64,000 nt of DNA, taken from the NCBI RefSeq assembly GCF_036971445.1, contig NC_091472.1, positions 250,170,001 through 250,234,000 of the forward strand, in the 5' to 3' direction. The notes under the pieces are model-generated. The model worked only from the letters and a program-made list of their open reading frames with translations, was not told where the DNA came from and ran no database searches. Below, piece after piece: positions 60,003-64,000 of the stretch (position 1 is its first letter; the number at the start of each line of letters is the position of its first letter). This DNA is from Narcine bancroftii. Taxonomy: Eukaryota. Made by a program: the position numbers and the translations under genes.

Positions 60003-63000
60003 CATCTAACACAATTGTAATGTCATCGTACATTTGCTACAATTATGTCTCAGATATGTTTCCACAGATATGGAACTATTTTCTGTATTCACCTCTGTCT
60101 TATAATTCCTCCAATCTACAAAATATACTTTTCATCTCTGAATATCTATTAGTAGCAAACAACTTTGAATACAATGTTGGCTGGATCTTGAGAATGAACT
60201 CTGGTTAATATTTTATGCTCTTTACATTGGTGTACTGAGGATAATGTTCAAGATATTAGGAATATGAGCTGGTGAAGGAAATGTGCCTGGCTCCAAGCCT
60301 GCTCTACCATTCCATAAATCAATGTTCTTCTATTCTTGGTCTCAATTTCACTTTCCTGTCCAATTCCTATAACTTCTTTCAGTTTAAAAATCTAAACTTC
60401 AGCTCTGAATTACTTGTTAAGAACAAAACACTTAATTACATCAGAGGCCAGCAGCAATTTCCTTCTCTCCAAAGATGATATGTATTTCAAACTCTTTTAT
60501 CCAAAAATTCGTCAGATGAAGGAGGTGAGTGAACATCACAAATTGTGAGATTGAGTTTCACAAATATTGCCTTTCACCTCAATCATGCTTTTTTAAAAGT
60601 TTCTTGGCACATTTTCAACCAAGGATCTGATTTCACAGTTGATATTTCTGTTGCAAAGAATGAATCCAAAGGAATACAAATCTGAATATGATGAAAACCA
60701 AATTGAATCAACTTGATAAACAGGCGATGTGATGTTTTACCCCAAAGAATCCATTAAATGGGTGTTTGTTGAGTGTTCATTCATCTGTTGAATATTTTGT
60801 TGAACACTAGAAATTACCGTGTGTGCCAAAATTAATGAATGGATTTTCAGAAGAAAATCGTATATGACCAAACTTATTGAATTATTTTAAACAGTAGAAG
60901 TAATAGTTGGATTTCCAATAAGGCCCTGGCAAATAGTCTCTACTAAGATTAGAACATGCGGATTTGGAAGATAAGGAGTAGAATGGATAGAAATCTGCTG
61001 CAGGAAACAAATAATATAGGTTAAAATGTCACCCAGATGGGCAGAGAGTTGATTGGATTCCATAAGGATATAGAACATAGAAAATACAGCTCAGTACAGG
61101 TCCCTCGACCCTCGATATTGTGTCAACCCATATATTCCTTCCTTAAATAAAGTACTATACCCTCCCTACCCTGTAACCCCTTATTTTTTTTATTCATCTA
61201 AGTCTCTTAAATTCCTCCAATGTTTCAACCTCTTTAATACTTATGCTAATATTTTTATTATTCACTAATTCTACAAATAGTGTGGATTTTTGAATTGTCA
61301 ATTACAAGCAGATTTGAGGTGATATCAAATTTTAATCCATTCAAAATCAAGAAAGATTGTGACAAACTAGAAAGTAAATCTAAAGAATGGGTATTAATTG
61401 GTTATATTGGTGAATAAGTTATAGTGTATAATGAAAATTCAAAAAGTACTATAATTTTATTGGTAATTAATTGGTGTACTATTCAGTGTGAAGTGACACA
61501 TTTTAGTTGAAAGATTACGGAAGACATAGATAGCATGTTCTCAACAGGTAAGGGAGCAAGTCCAAGGGATTAGAATAATAATAATTAATAATATGACAAG
61601 CCAGTTAAGCAAAATGCTGCAATTCATTTCCAGAGGAATAGAATTGATGGCAGGGAAAATTTAGCAAAGTTTTGCTTCATGGTTAGACTGAACAATTTAT
61701 AGTTCTGAGATAAAGGTGGGCACTGAGCACATTGCAAAAATACTGGGATTATATAAGCACTTTGAAGTTAGTTTTTTCAACAATTGTTTTCTGATAGTTA
61801 TTTCTTTTTTTACCTAGGTAAGAAAAGGCTTGAGGCAAACTAATAACGAACTTTGAGGAATATTTAGTGAAGTAATTGTGCAGAAAGGGAGACAATAATA
61901 AGTGCTGGAAAAGAATAGATAATCAGATCAATAAAATATGTGCAACGGAGAATTCAGCTGAAACTTCTTTACCCTGAAATCAGAGTGTGAAATTCCCTAT
62001 CAGAAACAGGGGCTATCTAAGATTTTCTTAAGAGGATAGTAGTTGGAAGCAGTTATGAAGAGAATTATAGGACAGGAATGGTACTGGTTGATCTCAATTA
62101 TTCTTTTCCATGTTGTAAATTGTTTGTAATCTAATTCTCATTGCAATGTAGGGTACAACATTTTAAAAATAATGTCAAATTAAAATTTTAAACTTTCAAA
62201 GGTTAACATTGCAAACACCTAGAGTTGTGTTTCAATATAAGTAGCTTTTTATTTGCAAAGAAATATATTTTGAATTGGTGTTTAATTCTTAACCTTTTCT
62301 AGCTATTTTTTCAGTCCCTTTTAAATACATTGATATTGAGATGCAAAGGGTTTCTCCGTTCTATATTCTGACCTTGGCTCTGAAGGAAATTAGTATTTTA
62401 GGTTCAAATGTAATAGTAAAATTACCACTGGAAATTGTGAAGGTGCTTGATTCTCCCAAATGCAAAGTACTTGGAGATCATGTGACACACTTGGGAAACA
62501 ACCTGCATTTAGGTGTCTTGCATGTTGTGTTATACCAGGAAATATCATCTGCCAAAATAAATAAATAGATTCATTTGAGACGCAGCATTTTAATTGCTGA
62601 AGAATAACCAGCCAGGGAAGACAAGTTATCTGACATTCTCCTCAATTAGAAATAATAGAAATAAATAGAATAGTGAGTGTAAGTAATAGGGCATGAAAGT
62701 CTACATTCTGTTTATATTCTAGAGCAAGAAATAAGACAGAAGTTCAGTATGAATTTCTTTGATTTCATTTTTGAAGATAAATAAGTTTTGTTGCAGAAAC
62801 CATAATCAAAATCTTCAATCTGAGATTCCACATTTTCATTTAGGAGCAGATCTCCTTTGTAAAGCCAAACTTTTCTTCTTTTCACGTGGACATGTGTCTG
62901 TTTTTGATCTCTCTGATTAAAACAAGAATTTACATCAGTTAAATAATTTAGAACTTGCCTTGATGTTATTATTAATCAATAGGTAAACAACAAATAGTTA

Positions 63001-63344
63001 ATATGTTGAGAAGCATAATTTTTGTATATCATTTGGTATACATAGCATTGATTTGGATATCAGAACTTGTTCTATTTTTGAGTCAGATAGGATTTATTAA
63101 ATGTTTCATTCTTCGGAAAATACTCAAAATAATAAAGCCTTGGTTCTACAAAGAATGATGACAAGGAGCATAAATTCTGTCTCTGAACAGGAGAGAAGCC
63201 TTCAAACAGAGCTAAATAAAAACAAGAGCCTTGGTCTAACGTGGACTTCAATATCTCTCTGCTTTATCAATTACAAATTGCTTTGTAAGTGTTGAATAAC
63301 ATTTTTGTCTATTTTTTTAAACTGGTGGGAAGATTATTCATTCA

Positions 63345-64000
63345 CAATTCTTTTTTCTTTCTTTCTTCTTTCTTCTTTGGCTTGGCTTCGCGGACGAAGA
63401 TTTATGGAGGGGGTAAAAAGTCCACGTCAGCTGCAGGCTCGTTTGTGGCTGACCAGTCCGATGCGGGACAGGCAGACACGATTGCAGCGGTTGCAAGGGA
63501 AAATTGGTTGGTTGGGGTTGGGTGTTGGGTTTTTCCTCCTTTGCCTTTTGTCAGTGAGGTGGGCTCTGCGGTCTTCTTCAAAGGAGGCTGCTGCCCGCCA
63601 AACTGTGAGGCGCCAAGATGCACGGTTTGAGGCGTTATCAGCCCACTGGCGGTGGTCAATGTGGCAGGCACCAAGAGATTTCTTTAGGCAGTCCTTGTAC
63701 CTTTTCTTTGGTGCACCTCTGTCACGGTGGCCAGTGGAGAGCTCGCCATATAATACGATCTTGGGAAGGCGATGGTCCTCCATTCTGGAGACGTGACCCA
63801 TCCAGCGCAGCTGGATCTTCAGCAGCGTGGACTCGATGCTGTCGACCTCTGCCATCTCGAGTACCTCGACGTTAGGGGTGTGAGCGCTCCAATGGATGTT
63901 GAGGATGGAGTGGAGACAACGCTGGTGGAAGCGTTCTAGGAGCCGTAGGTGGTGCCGGTAGAGGACCCATGATTCGGAGCCGAACAGGAGTGTGGGTATG
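63345..64000 (-). mobile_element. Young RTE LINE (runs off the window)
   Basis: ORF 63427..63855 is near-identical to the other two RTE copies; GAA-rich tail. Confidence 0.92.

Noticed and set aside
62250-62548. Possible terminal exon of ANKAR on - (expected by synteny; acceptor-like TTTTGGCAG at 62549)
   Set aside because: The short translations show no recognisable ankyrin/armadillo similarity; cannot be supported without alignment.

Overview
Vertebrate genomic DNA, probably a cartilaginous fish (ray or shark), judged from the HE1/V-SINE-like SINEs and abundant Rex1/Babar, Penelope, CR1 and RTE elements. Host genes are the 5' end of PMS1 (-), which shares a CpG-island promoter with a complete ORMDL1 (+, 153 aa), an intronless ADAT3 (-, 357 aa) and a complete OSGEPL1 (+, 7 coding exons, 405 aa). 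The most unusual object is a young 7.95-kb class I/epsilon-like endogenous retrovirus (35382-43333) whose two ~812-bp LTRs are inverted relative to each other. Both outer ends are U3 ends (TGTTGG...CCAACA), yet the element has a perfect 4-bp target-site duplication (AGGG). The inverted LTR is fused directly into integrase, so PPT and env are absent. Its Pol carries a 2H-phosphodiesterase-like domain (two HxT motifs) between protease and RT and is expressed by UGA-CGG readthrough. It has a tRNA-Trp PBS and a leader with a 9-unit hairpin array. The window also contains a ~437-bp-arm inverted duplication in PMS1 intron 1, a 714-bp tandem duplication with a later L1 insertion, a decayed Ty3/Gypsy element in the OSGEPL1 3' end, a 5S-derived fragment and hAT MITEs. 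All calls were made by eye; no database searches were run.
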